64,000 nucleotides of DNA, from NCBI RefSeq assembly GCF_009914755.1, contig NC_060944.1, one strand, 5' to 3'. A program made the translations under genes and the position numbers. Positions within the stretch are counted from its first letter, which is position 1; each line of letters starts with the position of its first letter. This stretch comes from the human T2T-CHM13v2.0 reference genome, Homo sapiens. Positions 39,301-52,683 of this stretch are shown here, piece by piece. Under the pieces are notes generated by a model. It searched no databases and had not been told where the DNA came from. It was given only the letters and a program-made list of their open reading frames with translations.

Positions 39301-42300
39301 ATGTTTGCATTCAAGTCACAGAATTGAACACTCCCTTTCACAGAGCAGGTTTGAAACACTCTTTTTGTAGTGTCTGTAAGTGAACATTTGGATTGCTTTC
39401 AGGCCTAAGGTGAAAAAGGAAATATCTTCCCATAAAAACTAGACAGAAGCATTCTCAGAAACTTGTTTGTGATGGGTGCCCTCTACTGACAGAGTTGAAC
39501 CTTTCTTTGCAAAGAGCAGTTTTGAAACACTCTTTTTGTAGAATCTGCAAGAGGATATTTGGATAGCTTTGAGGATTTCTTGGGAAACGGGAATGTCTTC
39601 AGATAAACTCTAGACAGAAGCATTCTCAGAAACTTCTTTGGGATGTTTCAATTGAAGTCACAGTGTTGAACATTCCCTTTCACAGAGCAGGTTTGAAACA
39701 CTCTTTTTGTAGTGTCTATAAGTGAACATTTGGCGTGCTTTCAGGCCTAACGTGAAAAAGGAAATATCTTCCCATAGAAACTAGACAGAAGCATTCTCAG
39801 AAACTTGTTCTTGATGTGTCCCCTCTACTGACAGAGTTGAACCTTTCTTTGCAAAGAGCAGCTTTGAAACACTCTTTTTGTAGAATCTGCAAGAGGATAT
39901 TTGGATAGCTTGGAGGATTTCGTTGGAAACGGGTATGTCTTCAGATAAACTCTAGACAGAAGCATTCTCAGAAACTTCTTTGGGATGTTGCATTCAAGTC
40001 ACAGAGTAGAACATTCCCATTCATAGAGCAGATTTGAAACACTCTTTTTGTAGTATCTGGAAGTGGACATTTGGAGCGCTTTCAGGCCTATGTTGAAAAA
40101 GGAAATATCTTCCCATAAAAACTAGACGGAAGCATTCTCAGAAACTTATTTGTGATGTGTTTGCTCAACTAACAGGATTGAACCATCGTTTTGAAGGAGC
40201 AGTTTTGAAACACTGTTTTCGTGGAATCTGCAAGTGGATATTTGGCTAGCTTTGAGGATTTCGTTGGAAACGGGATTACGTATAAAAAGGAGACAGCAGC
40301 ATTCTCAGAAACTTCTTTGTGATGTCTGCATTCAATTCACAGAGTTGAGCATTCCCTTTCATAGAGCAGGTTGGAAACACTCTTTTTGTAGTATCTGGAT
40401 GAGGACATTTGGAGCGCTTTCAGGCGTATGGTGAAAAAGGAAATATCTTCCCGTAAAAACTAGACAGAAGCATTCTCAGAAGTTTATTTGTGATGTGTGC
40501 CCTCAACTAACAGAGTTGAACCTTTCTTTTGATAGAGCAGTTTTGAAACACTCTTTTTGTAAAATCTGCAAGAGGATATTTGGATAGCTTTGAGGATTTC
40601 GTTGCAAACGGGAATGGCTTCATATAAACTCTAGACAGAAGCATTCTCAGAAACTTCGTTGGGATGTTTCGATTGAAGTCCCAGTGTTGAACATTCCCTT
40701 TTATAGAGCAGGTTGGAAACACTCTTTCTGCATTCCCTGGAAGTGGACATTTGGAGCGCTTTCAGGACGACGGTGAAAATGGAAATATCTTCCAAGAAAA
40801 TCTAGATAGAAGCAACGTCAGAAACTTTTATGTGATGGATCTACTCAGCTAACAGAGTTGAACCTTTCTTTTGAGAGAGCAGTTTTGCAACACTCTTTTT
40901 GTGGAATATGCAAGTGGATATTAGGGCAGCTTTGAGGATTTCGTTGGAAACGGGAATACATGTAAAAAGCAGACAGCAGCATTCTCAGAAACTTCTTTGT
41001 GATGTTTGCATTGAAGTCACAGAGTTGAACATTCCCTTTGAGAGAGCAGGTTTGAAACACGCCTTTTGTCATATCTGGAAGTGTCCATTCGGAGCGCATT
41101 CAGGCTTGTGTTGAAAAAGGAAATATCCTCCCATAAAAACTAGACAGAAGCATTCTCAGAAACTTATCTGTGATGTATGTACTCAACTAACAGAACTAAA
41201 CCATCGTTTTGAAGGAGCAGTTTTGAAACACTCTTTTTGCGGAATCTGCAAGTGGATATTTGGCTAGCTGGGAGGATTTCGTTGGAAACGGGATTACATA
41301 CAAAAAGCAGACAGCAGCATTCTCAGAAACTTCTTTGTGATGTTTGCATTCAAGTCACAGAGTTGAACATTCCCTTTCATAGAGCAGGTTTGAAACACTC
41401 TTTTTGTAGTATCTGGATGTGGACATTTGGATCGCTTTCAGGCCTATGGTGAAAAAGGAAATATCTTCCCATGAAAACTAGACAGAAGCATTCTCAGAAA
41501 CTTATTTGTGATGTGTGCCCTCAACTGACAGTGTTGAACCTTTGTTTTGATAGAGCAGTTCTGAAACACACTTTTTGTAAAATCTGCAAGAGGATATTTG
41601 GATAGCTTTGAGGATTTCGTTGGAAACGGGAATGTCTTCATGTAAACTCTGGACAGAAGCATTCTCAGAAACTGCTTTGGGATGTTTCAATTGAAGTCCC
41701 AGTGTTGAACATTCCCATTCATAGAGCAGGTTTGAAACACTCTTTTTGTACTATCTGGAAGTGGACATTTGGAGCGCTTTCAGGTCTACGGTGAAAAAGG
41801 AGATATCTTCCAATAAAAACTAGATAGAAGCAATGTCAGAACTTTTTTCATGATGTATCTACTCAGCAAACAGAGTTGAACCTTTCTTTTGAGAGAGCAG
41901 TTTTGAAACACTCTTTTTGTGGAATATGCAAGTGGGTATTAGGCCAGCTTGGAGGATTTCGTTGGAAACGGGAATACGTATAAAAAGCAGACAGCAGCAT
42001 TGTCAGAAACTACTTTGTGATGTTTGCATTCAAGTCACAGAATTGAACACTCCCTTTCACAGAGCAGGTTTGAAACACTCTTTTTGTAGTGTCTGTAAGT
42101 GAACATTTGGATTGCTTTCAGGCCTAAGGTGAAAAAGGAAATATCTTCCCATAAAAACTAGACAGAAGCATTCTCAGAAACTTGTTTGTGATGTGTGCCC
42201 TCTACTGACAGAGTTGAACCTTTCTTTGCAAAGAGCAGTTTTGAAACACTCTTTTTGTAGAATCTGCAAGAGGATATTTGGATAGCTTTGAGGATTTCTT

Positions 42301-45300
42301 GGGAAACGGGAATGTCTTCAGATAAACTCTAGACAGAAGCATTCTCAGAAACTTCTTTGGGATGTTTCAATTGAAGTCACAGTGTTGAACATTCCCTTTC
42401 ACAGAGCAGGTTTGAAACACTCTTTTTGTAGTGTCTATAAGTGAACATTTGGCGTGCTTTCAGGCCTAACGTGAAAAAGGAAATATCTTCCCATAAAAAC
42501 TAGACAGAAGCATTCTCAGAAACTTGTTCTTGATGTGTCCCCTCTACTGACAGAGTTGAACCTTTCTTTGCAAAGAGCAGCTTTGAAACACTCTTTTTGT
42601 AGAATCTGCAAGAGGATATTTGGATAGCTTGGAGGATTTCGTTGGAAACGGGTATGTCTTCAGATAAACTCTAGACAGAAGCATTCTCAGAAACTTCTTT
42701 GGGATGTTGCATTCAAGTCACAGAGTAGAACATTCCCATTCATAGAGCAGATTTGAAACACTCTTTTTGTAGTATCTGGAAGTGGACATTTGGAGCGCTT
42801 TCAGGCCTATGTTGAAAAAGGAAATATCTTCCCATAAAAACTAGACGGAAGCATTCTCAGAAACTTATTTGTGATGTGTTTGCTCAACTAACAGGATTGA
42901 ACCATCGTTTTGAAGGAGCAGTTTTGAAACACTGTTTTCGTGGAATCTGCAAGTGGATATTTGGCTAGCTTTGAGGATTTCGTTGGAAACGGGATTACGT
43001 ATAAAAAGGAGACAGCAGCATTCTCAGAAACTTCTTTGTGATGTCTGCATTCAATTCACAGAGTTGAGCATTCCCTTTCATAGAGCAGGTTGGAAACACT
43101 CTTTTTGTAGTATCTGGATGAGGACATTTGGAGCGCTTTCAGGCGTATGGTGAAAAAGGAAATATCTTCCCGTAAAAACTAGACAGAAGCATTCTCAGAA
43201 GTTTATTTGTGATGTGTGCCCTCAACTAACAGAGTTGAACCTTTCTTTTGATAGAGCAGTTTTGAAACACTCTTTTTGTAAAATCTGCAAGAGGATATTT
43301 GGATAGCTTTGAGGATTTCGTTGCAAACGGGAATGGCTTCATATAAACTCTAGACAGAAGCATTCTCAGAAACTTCGTTGGGATGTTTCGATTGAAGTCC
43401 CAGTGTTGAACATTCCCTTTTATAGAGCAGGTTGGAAACACTCTTTCTGCATTCCCTGGAAGTGGACATTTGGAGCGCTTTCAGGACGACGGTGAAAATG
43501 GAAATATCTTCCAAGAAAATCTAGATAGAAGCAACGTCAGAAACTTTTATGTGATGGATCTACTCAGCTAACAGAGTTGAACCTTTCTTTTGAGAGAGCA
43601 GTTTTGCAACACTCTTTTTGTGGAATATGCAAGTGGATATTAGGGCAGCTTTGAGGATTTCGTTGGAAACGGGAATACATGTAAAAAGCAGACAGCAGCA
43701 TTCTCAGAAACTTCTTTGTGATGTTTGCATTGAAGTCACAGAGTTGAACATTCCCTTTGAGAGAGCAGGTTTGAAACACGCCTTTTGTCATATCTGGAAG
43801 TGTCCATTCGGAGCGCATTCAGGCTTGTGTTGAAAAAGGAAATATCCTCCCATAAAAACTAGACAGAAGCATTCTCAGAAACTTATCTGTGATGTATGTA
43901 CTCAACTAACAGAACTAAACCATCGTTTTGAAGGAGCAGTTTTGAAACACTCTTTTTGCGGAATCTGCAAGTGGATATTTGGCTAGCTGGGAGGATTTCG
44001 TTGGAAACGGGAGTACATACAAAAAGCAGAGAGCAGCATTCTCAGAAACTTCTTTGTGATGTTTGCATTCAAGTCACAGAGTTGAACATTCCCTTTCATA
44101 GAGCAGGTTTGAAACACTCTTTTTGTAGTATCTGGATGTGGACATTTGGATCGCTATCAGGCCTATGGTGAAAACGGAAATATCTTCCCATGAAAACTAG
44201 ACAGAAGCATTCTCAGAAACTTATTTGTGATGTGTGCCCTCAACTGACAGTGTTGAACCTTTGTTTTGATAGAGCAGTTCTGAAACACACTTTTTGTAAA
44301 ATCTGCAAGAGGATATTTGGATAGCTTTGAGGATTTCGTTGGAAACGGGAATGTCTTCATGTAAACTCTAGACAGAAGCATTCTCAGAAACTGCTTTGGG
44401 ATGTTTCAATTGAAGTCCCAGTGTTGAACATTCCCTTTCATAGAGCAGGTTTGAAACACTCTTTTTGTACTATCTGGAAGTGGACATTTGGAGCGCTTTC
44501 AGGTCTACGGTGAAAAAGGAGATATCTTCCAATAAAAACTAGATAGAAGCAATGTCAGAACTTTTTTCATGATATATCTACTCAGCAAACAGAGTTGAAC
44601 CTTTCTTTTGAGAGAGCAGTTTTGAAACACTCTTTTTGTGGAATATGCAAGTGGGTATTAGGCCAGCTTGGAGGATTTCGTTGGAAACGGGAATACGTAT
44701 AAAAAGCAGACAGCAGCATTGTCAGAAACTACTTTGTGATGTTTGCATTCAAGTCACAGAATTGAACACTCCCTTTCACAGAGCAGGTTTGAAACACTCT
44801 TTTTGTAGTGTCTGTAAGTGAACATTTGGATTGCTTTCAGGCCTAAGGTGAAAAAGGAAATATCTTCCCATAAAAACTAGACAGAAGCATTCTCAGAAAC
44901 TTGTTTGTGATGTGTGCCCTCTACTGACAGAGTTGAACCTTTCTTTGCAAAGAGCAGTTTTGAAACACTCTTTTTGTAGAATCTGCAAGAGGATATTTGG
45001 ATAGCTTTGAGGATTTCCTGGGAAACGGGAATGTCTTCAGATAAACTCTAGACAGAAGCATTCTCAGAAACTTCTTTGGGATGTTTCAATTGAAGTCACA
45101 GTGTTGAACATTCCCTTTCACAGAGCAGGTTTGGAACACTCTTTTTGTAGTGTCTATAAGTGAACATTTGGCGTGCTTTCAGGCCTAACGTGAAAAAGGA
45201 AATATCTTCCCATAAAAACTAGACAGAAGCATTCTCAGAAACTTGTTCTTGATGTGTCCCCTCTACTGACAGAGTTGAACCTTTCTTTGCAAAGAGCAGC

Positions 45301-48300
45301 TTTGAAACACTCTTTTTGTAGAATCTGCAAGAGGATATTTGGATAGCTTGGAGGATTTCGTTGGAAACGGGTATGTCTTCAGATAAACTCTAGACAGAAG
45401 CATTCTCAGAAACTTCTTTGGGATGTTGCATTCAAGTCACAGAGTAGAACATTCCCATTCATAGAGCAGATTTGAAACACTCTTTTTGTAGTATCTGGAA
45501 GTGGACATTTGGAGCGCTTTCAGGCCTATGTTGAAAAAGGAAATATCTTCCCATAAAAACTAGACGGAAGCATTCTCAGAAACTTATTTGTGATGTGTTT
45601 GCTCAACTAACAGGATTGAACCATCGTTTTGAAGGAGCAGTTTTGAAACACTGTTTTCGTGGAATCTGCAAGTGGATATTTGGCTAGCTTTGAGGATTTC
45701 GTTGGAAACGGGATTACATATAAAAAGGAGACAGCAGCATTCTCAGAAACTTCTTTGTGATGTCTGCATTCAATTCACAGAGTTGAGCATTCCCTTTCAT
45801 AGAGCAGGTTGGAAACACTCTTTTTGTAGTATCTGGATGAGGACATTTGGAGCGCTTTCAGGCGTATGGTGAAAAAGGAAATATCTTCCCGTAAAAACTA
45901 GACAGAAGCATTCTCAGAAGTTTATTTGTGATGTGTGCCCTCAACTAACAGAGTTGAACCTTTCTTTTGATAGAGCAGTTTTGAAACACTCTTTTTGTAA
46001 AATCTGCAAGAGGATATTTGGATAGCTTTGAGGATTTCGTTGCAAACGGGAATGGTTTCATATAAACTCTAGACAGAAGCATTCTCAGAAACTTCGTTGG
46101 GATGTTTCGATTGAAGTCCCAGTGTTGAACATTCCCTTTTATAGAGCAGGTTGGAAACACTCTTTCTGCATTCCCTGGAAGTGGACATTTGGAGCGCTTT
46201 CAGGACGACGGTGAAAATGGAAATATCTTCCAAGAAAATCTAGATAGAAGCAACGTCAGAAACTTTTATGTGATGGATCTACTCAGCTAACAGAGTTGAA
46301 CCTTTCTTTTGAGAGAGCAGTTTTGCAACACTCTTTTTGTGGAATATGCAAGTGGATATTAGGGCAGCTTTGAGGATTTCGTTGGAAACGGGAATACATG
46401 TAAAAAGCAGACAGCAGCATTCTCAGAAACTTCTTTGTGATGTTTGCATTGAAGTCACAGAGTTGAACATTCCCTTTGAGAGAGCAGGTTTGAAACACGC
46501 CTTTTGTCATATCTGGAAGTGTCCATTCGGAGCGCATTCAGGCTTGTGTTGAAAAAGGAAATATCCTCCCATAAAAACTAGACAGAAGCATTCTCAGAAA
46601 CTTATCTGTGATGTATGTACTCAACTAACAGAACTAAACCATCGTTTTGAAGGAGCAGTTTTGAAACACTCTTTTTGCGGAATCTGCAAGTGGATATTTG
46701 GCTAGCTGGGAGGATTTCGTTGGAAACGGGAGTACATACAAAAAGCAGAGAGCAGCATTCTCAGAAACTTCTTTGTGATGTTTGCATTCAAGTCACAGAG
46801 TTGAACATTCCCTTTCATAGAGCAGGTTTGAAACACTCTTTTTGTAGTATCTGGATGTGGACATTTGGATCGCTTTCAGGCCTATGGTGAAAAAGGAAAT
46901 ATCTTCCCATGAAAACTAGACAGAAGCATTCTCAGAAACTTATTTGTGATGTGTGCCCTCAACTGACAGTGTTGAACCTTTGTTTTGATAGAGCAGTTCT
47001 GAAACACACTTTTTGTAAAATCTGCAAGAGGATATTTGGATAGCTTTGAGGATTTCGTTGGAAACGGGAATGTCTTCATGTAAACTCTGGACAGAAGCAT
47101 TCTCAGAAACTGCTTTGGGATGTTTCAATTGAAGTCCCAGTGTTGAACATTCCCTTTCATAGAGCAGGTTTGAAACACTCTTTTTGTACTATCTGGAAGT
47201 GGACATTTGGAGCGCTTTCAGGTCTACGGTGAAAAAGGAGATATCTTCCAATAAAAACTAGATAGAAGCAATGTCAGAACTTTTTTCATGATGTATCTAC
47301 TCAGCAAACAGAGTTGAACCTTTCTTTTGAGAGAGCAGTTTTGAAACACTCTTTTTGTGGAATATGCAAGTGGGTATTAGGCCAGCTTGGAGGATTTCGT
47401 TGGAAACGGGAATACGTATAAAAAGCAGACAGCAGCATTGTCAGAAACTACTTTGTGATGTTTGCATTCAAGTCACAGAATTGAACACTCCCTTTCACAG
47501 AGCAGGTTTGAAACACTCTTTTTGTAGTGTCTGTAAGTGAACATTTGGATTGCTTTCAGGCCTAAGGTGAAAAAGGAAATATCTTCCCATAAAAACTAGA
47601 CAGAAGCATTCTCAGAAACTTGTTTGTGATGTGTGCCCTCTACTGACAGAGTTGAACCTTTCTTTGCAAAGAGCAGTTTTGAAACACTCTTTTTGTAGAA
47701 TCTGCAAGAGGATATTTGGATAGCTTTGAGGATTTCTTGGGAAACGGGAATGTCTTCAGATAAACTCTAGACAGAAGCATTCTCAGAAACTTCTTTGGGA
47801 TGTTTCAATTGAAGTCACAGTGTTGAACATTCCCTTTCACAGAGCAGGTTTGAAACACTCTTTTTGTAGTGTCTATAAGTGAACATTTGGCGTGCTTTCA
47901 GGCCTAACGTGAAAAAGGAAATATCTTCCCATAAAAACTAGACAGAAGCATTCTCAGAAACTTGTTCGTGATGTGTGCCCTCTACTGACAGAGTTGAACC
48001 TTTCTTTGCAAAGAGCAGCTTTGAAACACTCTTTTTGTAGAATCTGCAAGAGGATATTTGGATAGCTTGGAGGATTTCGTTGGAAACGGGTATGTCTTCA
48101 GATAAACTCTAGACAGAAGCATTCTCAGAAACTTCTTTGGGATGTTGCATTCAAGTCACAGAGTAGAACATTCCCATTCATAGAGCAGATTTGAAACACT
48201 CTTTTTGTAGTATCTGGAAGTGGACATTTGGAGCGCTTTCAGGCCTATGTTGAAAAAGGAAATATCTTCCCATAAAAACTAGACGGAAGCATTCTCAGAA

Positions 48301-49622
48301 ACTTATTTGTGATGTGTTTGCTCAACTAACAGGATTGAACCATCGTTTTGAAGGAGCAGTTTTGAAACACTGTTTTCGTGGAATCTGCAAGTGGATATTT
48401 GGCTAGCTTTGAGGATTTCGTTGGAAACGGGATTACATATAAAAAGGAGACAGCAGCATTCTCAGAAACTTCTTTGTGATGTCTGCATTCAATTCACAGA
48501 GTTGAGCATTCCCTTTCATAGAGCAGGTTGGAAACACTCTTTTTGTAGTATCTGGATGAGGACATTTGGAGCGCTTTCAGGCGTATGGTGAAAAAGGAAA
48601 TATCTTCCCGTAAAAACTAGACAGAAGCATTCTCAGAAGTTTATTTGTGATGTGTGCCCTCAACTAACAGAGTTGAACCTTTCTTTTGATAGAGCAGTTT
48701 TGAAACACTCTTTTTGTAAAATCTGCAAGAGGATATTTGGATAGCTTTGAGGATTTCGTTGCAAACGGGAATGGTTTCATATAAACTCTAGACAGAAGCA
48801 TTCTCAGAAACTTCGTTGGGATGTTTCGATTGAAGTCCCAGTGTTGAACATTCCCTTTTATAGAGCAGGTTGGAAACACTCTTTCTGCATTCCCTGGAAG
48901 TGGACATTTGGAGCGCTTTCAGGACGACGGTGAAAATGGAAATATCTTCCAAGAAAATCTAGATAGAAGCAACGTCAGAAACTTTTATGTGATGGATCTA
49001 CTCAGCTAACAGAGTTGAACCTTTCTTTTGAGAGAGCAGTTTTGCAACACTCTTTTTGTGGAATATGCAAGTGGATATTAGGGCAGCTTTGAGGATTTCG
49101 TTGGAAACGGGAATACATGTAAAAAGCAGACAGCAGCATTCTCAGAAACTTCTTTGTGATGTTTGCATTGAAGTCACAGAGTTGAACATTCCCTTTGAGA
49201 GAGCAGGTTTGAAACACGCCTTTTGTCATATCTGGAAGTGTCCATTCGGAGCGCATTCAGGCTTGTGTTGAAAAAGGAAATATCCTCCCATAAAAACTAG
49301 ACAGAAGCATTCTCAGAAACTTATCTGTGATGTATGTACTCAACTAACAGAACTAAACCATCGTTTTGAAGGAGCAGTTTTGAAACACTCTTTTTGCGGA
49401 ATCTGCAAGTGGATATTTGGCTAGCTGGGAGGATTTCGTTGGAAACGGGAGTACATACAAAAAGCAGAGAGCAGCATTCTCAGAAACTTCTTTGTGATGT
49501 TTGCATTCAAGTCACAGAGTTGAACATTCCCTTTCATAGAGCAGGTTTGAAACACTCTTTTTGTAGTATCTGGATGTGGACATTTGGATCGCTTTCAGGC
49601 CTATGGTGAAAAAGGAAATATC

Positions 49623-52600
49623 TTCCCATGAAAACTAGACAGAAGCATTCTCAGAAACTTATTTGTGATGTGTGCCCTCAACTGACAGTGTTGAACCTTT
49701 GTTTTGATAGAGCAGTTCTGAAACACACTTTTTGTAAAATCTGCAAGAGGATATTTGGATAGCTTTGAGGATTTCGTTGGAAACGGGAATGTCTTCATGT
49801 AAACTCTGGACAGAAGCATTCTCAGAAACTGCTTTGGGATGTTTCAATTGAAGTCCCAGTGTTGAACATTCCCTTTCATAGAGCAGGTTTGAAACACTCT
49901 TTTTGTACTATCTGGAAGTGGACATTTGGAGCGCTTTCAGGTCTACGGTGAAAAAGGAGATATCTTCCAATAAAAACTAGATAGAAGCAATGTCAGAACT
50001 TTTTTCATGATGTATCTACTCAGCAAACAGAGTTGAACCTTTCTTTTGAGAGAGCAGTTTTGAAACACTCTTTTTGTGGAATATGCAAGTGGGTATTAGG
50101 CCAGCTTGGAGGATTTCGTTGGAAACGGGAATACGTATAAAAAGCAGACAGCAGCATTGTCAGAAACTACTTTGTGATGTTTGCATTCAAGTCACAGAAT
50201 TGAACACTCCCTTTCACAGAGCAGGTTTGAAACACTCTTTTTGTAGTGTCTGTAAGTGAACATTTGGATTGCTTTCAGGCCTAAGGTGAAAAAGGAAATA
50301 TCTTCCCATAAAAACTAGACAGAAGCATTCTCAGAAACTTGTTTGTGATGTGTGCCCTCTACTGACAGAGTTGAACCTTTCTTTGCAAAGAGCAGTTTTG
50401 AAACACTCTTTTTGTAGAATCTGCAAGAGGATATTTGGATAGCTTTGAGGATTTCTTGGGAAACGGGAATGTCTTCAGATAAACTCTAGACAGAAGCATT
50501 CTCAGAAACTTCTTTGGGATGTTTCAATTGAAGTCACAGTGTTGTACATTCCCTTTCACAGAGCAGGTTTGAAACACTCTTTTTGTAGTGTCTATAAGTG
50601 AACATTTGGCGTGCTTTCAGGCCTAACGTGAAAAAGGAAATATCTTCCCATAAAAACTAGACAGAAGCATTCTCAGAAACTTGTTCTTGATGTGTGCCCT
50701 CTACTGACAGAGTTGAACCTTTCTTTGCAAAGAGCAGCTTTGAAACACTCTTTTTGTAGAATCTGCAAGAGGATATTTGGATAGCTTTGAGGATTTCTTG
50801 GGAAACGGGAATGTCTTCAGATAAACTCTAGACAGAAGCATTCTCAGAAACTTCTTTGGGATGTTTCAATTGAAGTCACAGTGTTGAACATTCCCTTTCA
50901 CAGAGCAGGTTTGGAACACTCTTTTTGTAGTGTCTATAAGTGAACATTTGGCGTGCTTTCAGGCCTAACGTGAAAAAGGAAATATCTTCCCATAAAAACT
51001 AGACAGAAGCATTCTCAGAAACTTGTTCTTGATGTGTCCCCTCTACTGACAGAGTTGAACCTTTCTTTGCAAAGAGCAGCTTTGAAACACTCTTTTTGTA
51101 GAATCTGCAAGAGGATATTTGGATAGCTTGGAGGATTTCGTTGGAAACGGGTATGTCTTCAGATAAACTCTAGACAGAAGCATTCTCAGAAACTTCTTTG
51201 GGATGTTGCATTCAAGTCACAGAGTAGAACATTCCCATTCATAGAGCAGATTTGAAACACTCTTTTTGTAGTATCTGGAAGTGGACATTTGGAGCGCTTT
51301 CAGGCCTATGTTGAAAAAGGAAATATCTTCCCATAAAAACTAGACGGAAGCATTCTCAGAAACTTATTTGTGATGTGTTTGCTCAACTAACAGGATTGAA
51401 CCATCGTTTTGAAGGAGCAGTTTTGAAACACTGTTTTCGTGGAATCTGCAAGTGGATATTTGGCTAGCTTTGAGGATTTCGTTGGAAACGGGATTACATA
51501 TAAAAAGGAGACAGCAGCATTCTCAGAAACTTCTTTGTGATGTCTGCATTCAATTCACAGAGTTGAGCATTCCCTTTCATAGAGCAGGTTGGAAACACTC
51601 TTTTTGTAGTATCTGGATGAGGACATTTGGAGCGCTTTCAGGCGTATGGTGAAAAAGGAAATATCTTCCCGTAAAAACTAGACAGAAGCATTCTCAGAAG
51701 TTTATTTGTGATGTGTGCCCTCAACTAACAGAGTTGAACCTTTCTTTTGATAGAGCAGTTTTGAAACACTCTTTTTGTAAAATCTGCAAGAGGATATTTG
51801 GATAGCTTTGAGGATTTCGTTGCAAACGGGAATGGCTTCATATAAACTCTAGACAGAAGCATTCTCAGAAACTTCGTTGGGATGTTTCGATTGAAGTCCC
51901 AGTGTTGAACATTCCCTTTTATAGAGCAGGTTGGAAACACTCTTTCTGCATTCCCTGGAAGTGGACATTTGGAGCGCTTTCAGGACGACGGTGAAAATGG
52001 AAATATCTTCCAAGAAAATCTAGATAGAAGCAATGTCAGAAACTTTTATGTGATGGATCTACTCAGCTAACAGAGTTGAACCTTTCTTTTGAGAGAGCAG
52101 TTTTGCAACACTCTTTTTGTGGAATATGCAAGTGGATATTAGGGCAGCTTTGAGGATTTCGTTGGAAACGGGAATACATGTAAAAAGCAGACAGCAGCAT
52201 TCTCAGAAACTTCTTTGTGATGTTTGCATTGAAGTCACAGAGTTGAACATTCCCTTTGAGAGAGCAGGTTTGAAACACGCCTTTTGTCATATCTGGAAGT
52301 GTCCATTCGGAGCGCATTCAGGCTTGTGTTGAAAAAGGAAATATCCTCCCATAAAAACTAGACAGAAGCATTCTCAGAAACTTATCTGTGATGTATGTAC
52401 TCAACTAACAGAACTAAACCATCGTTTTGAAGGAGCAGTTTTGAAACACTCTTTTTGCGGAATCTGCAAGTGGATATTTGGCTAGCTGGGAGGATTTCGT
52501 TGGAAACGGGATTACATACAAAAAGCAGACAGCAGCATTCTCAGAAACTTCTTTGTGATGTTTGCATTCAAGTCACAGAGTTGAACATTCCCTTTCATAG

Positions 52601-52683
52601 AGCAGGTTTGAAACACTCTTTTTGTAGTATCTGGATGTGGACATTTGGATCGCTTTCAGGCCTATGGTGAAAAAGGAAATATC
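49623..52683 (+). repeat. 18-mer structural-variant HOR H19 (3061 bp); extra dimer at 50668-51009
   Basis: Period is 3061 with the same duplicated dimer as H8 and H12. Confidence 0.95.
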
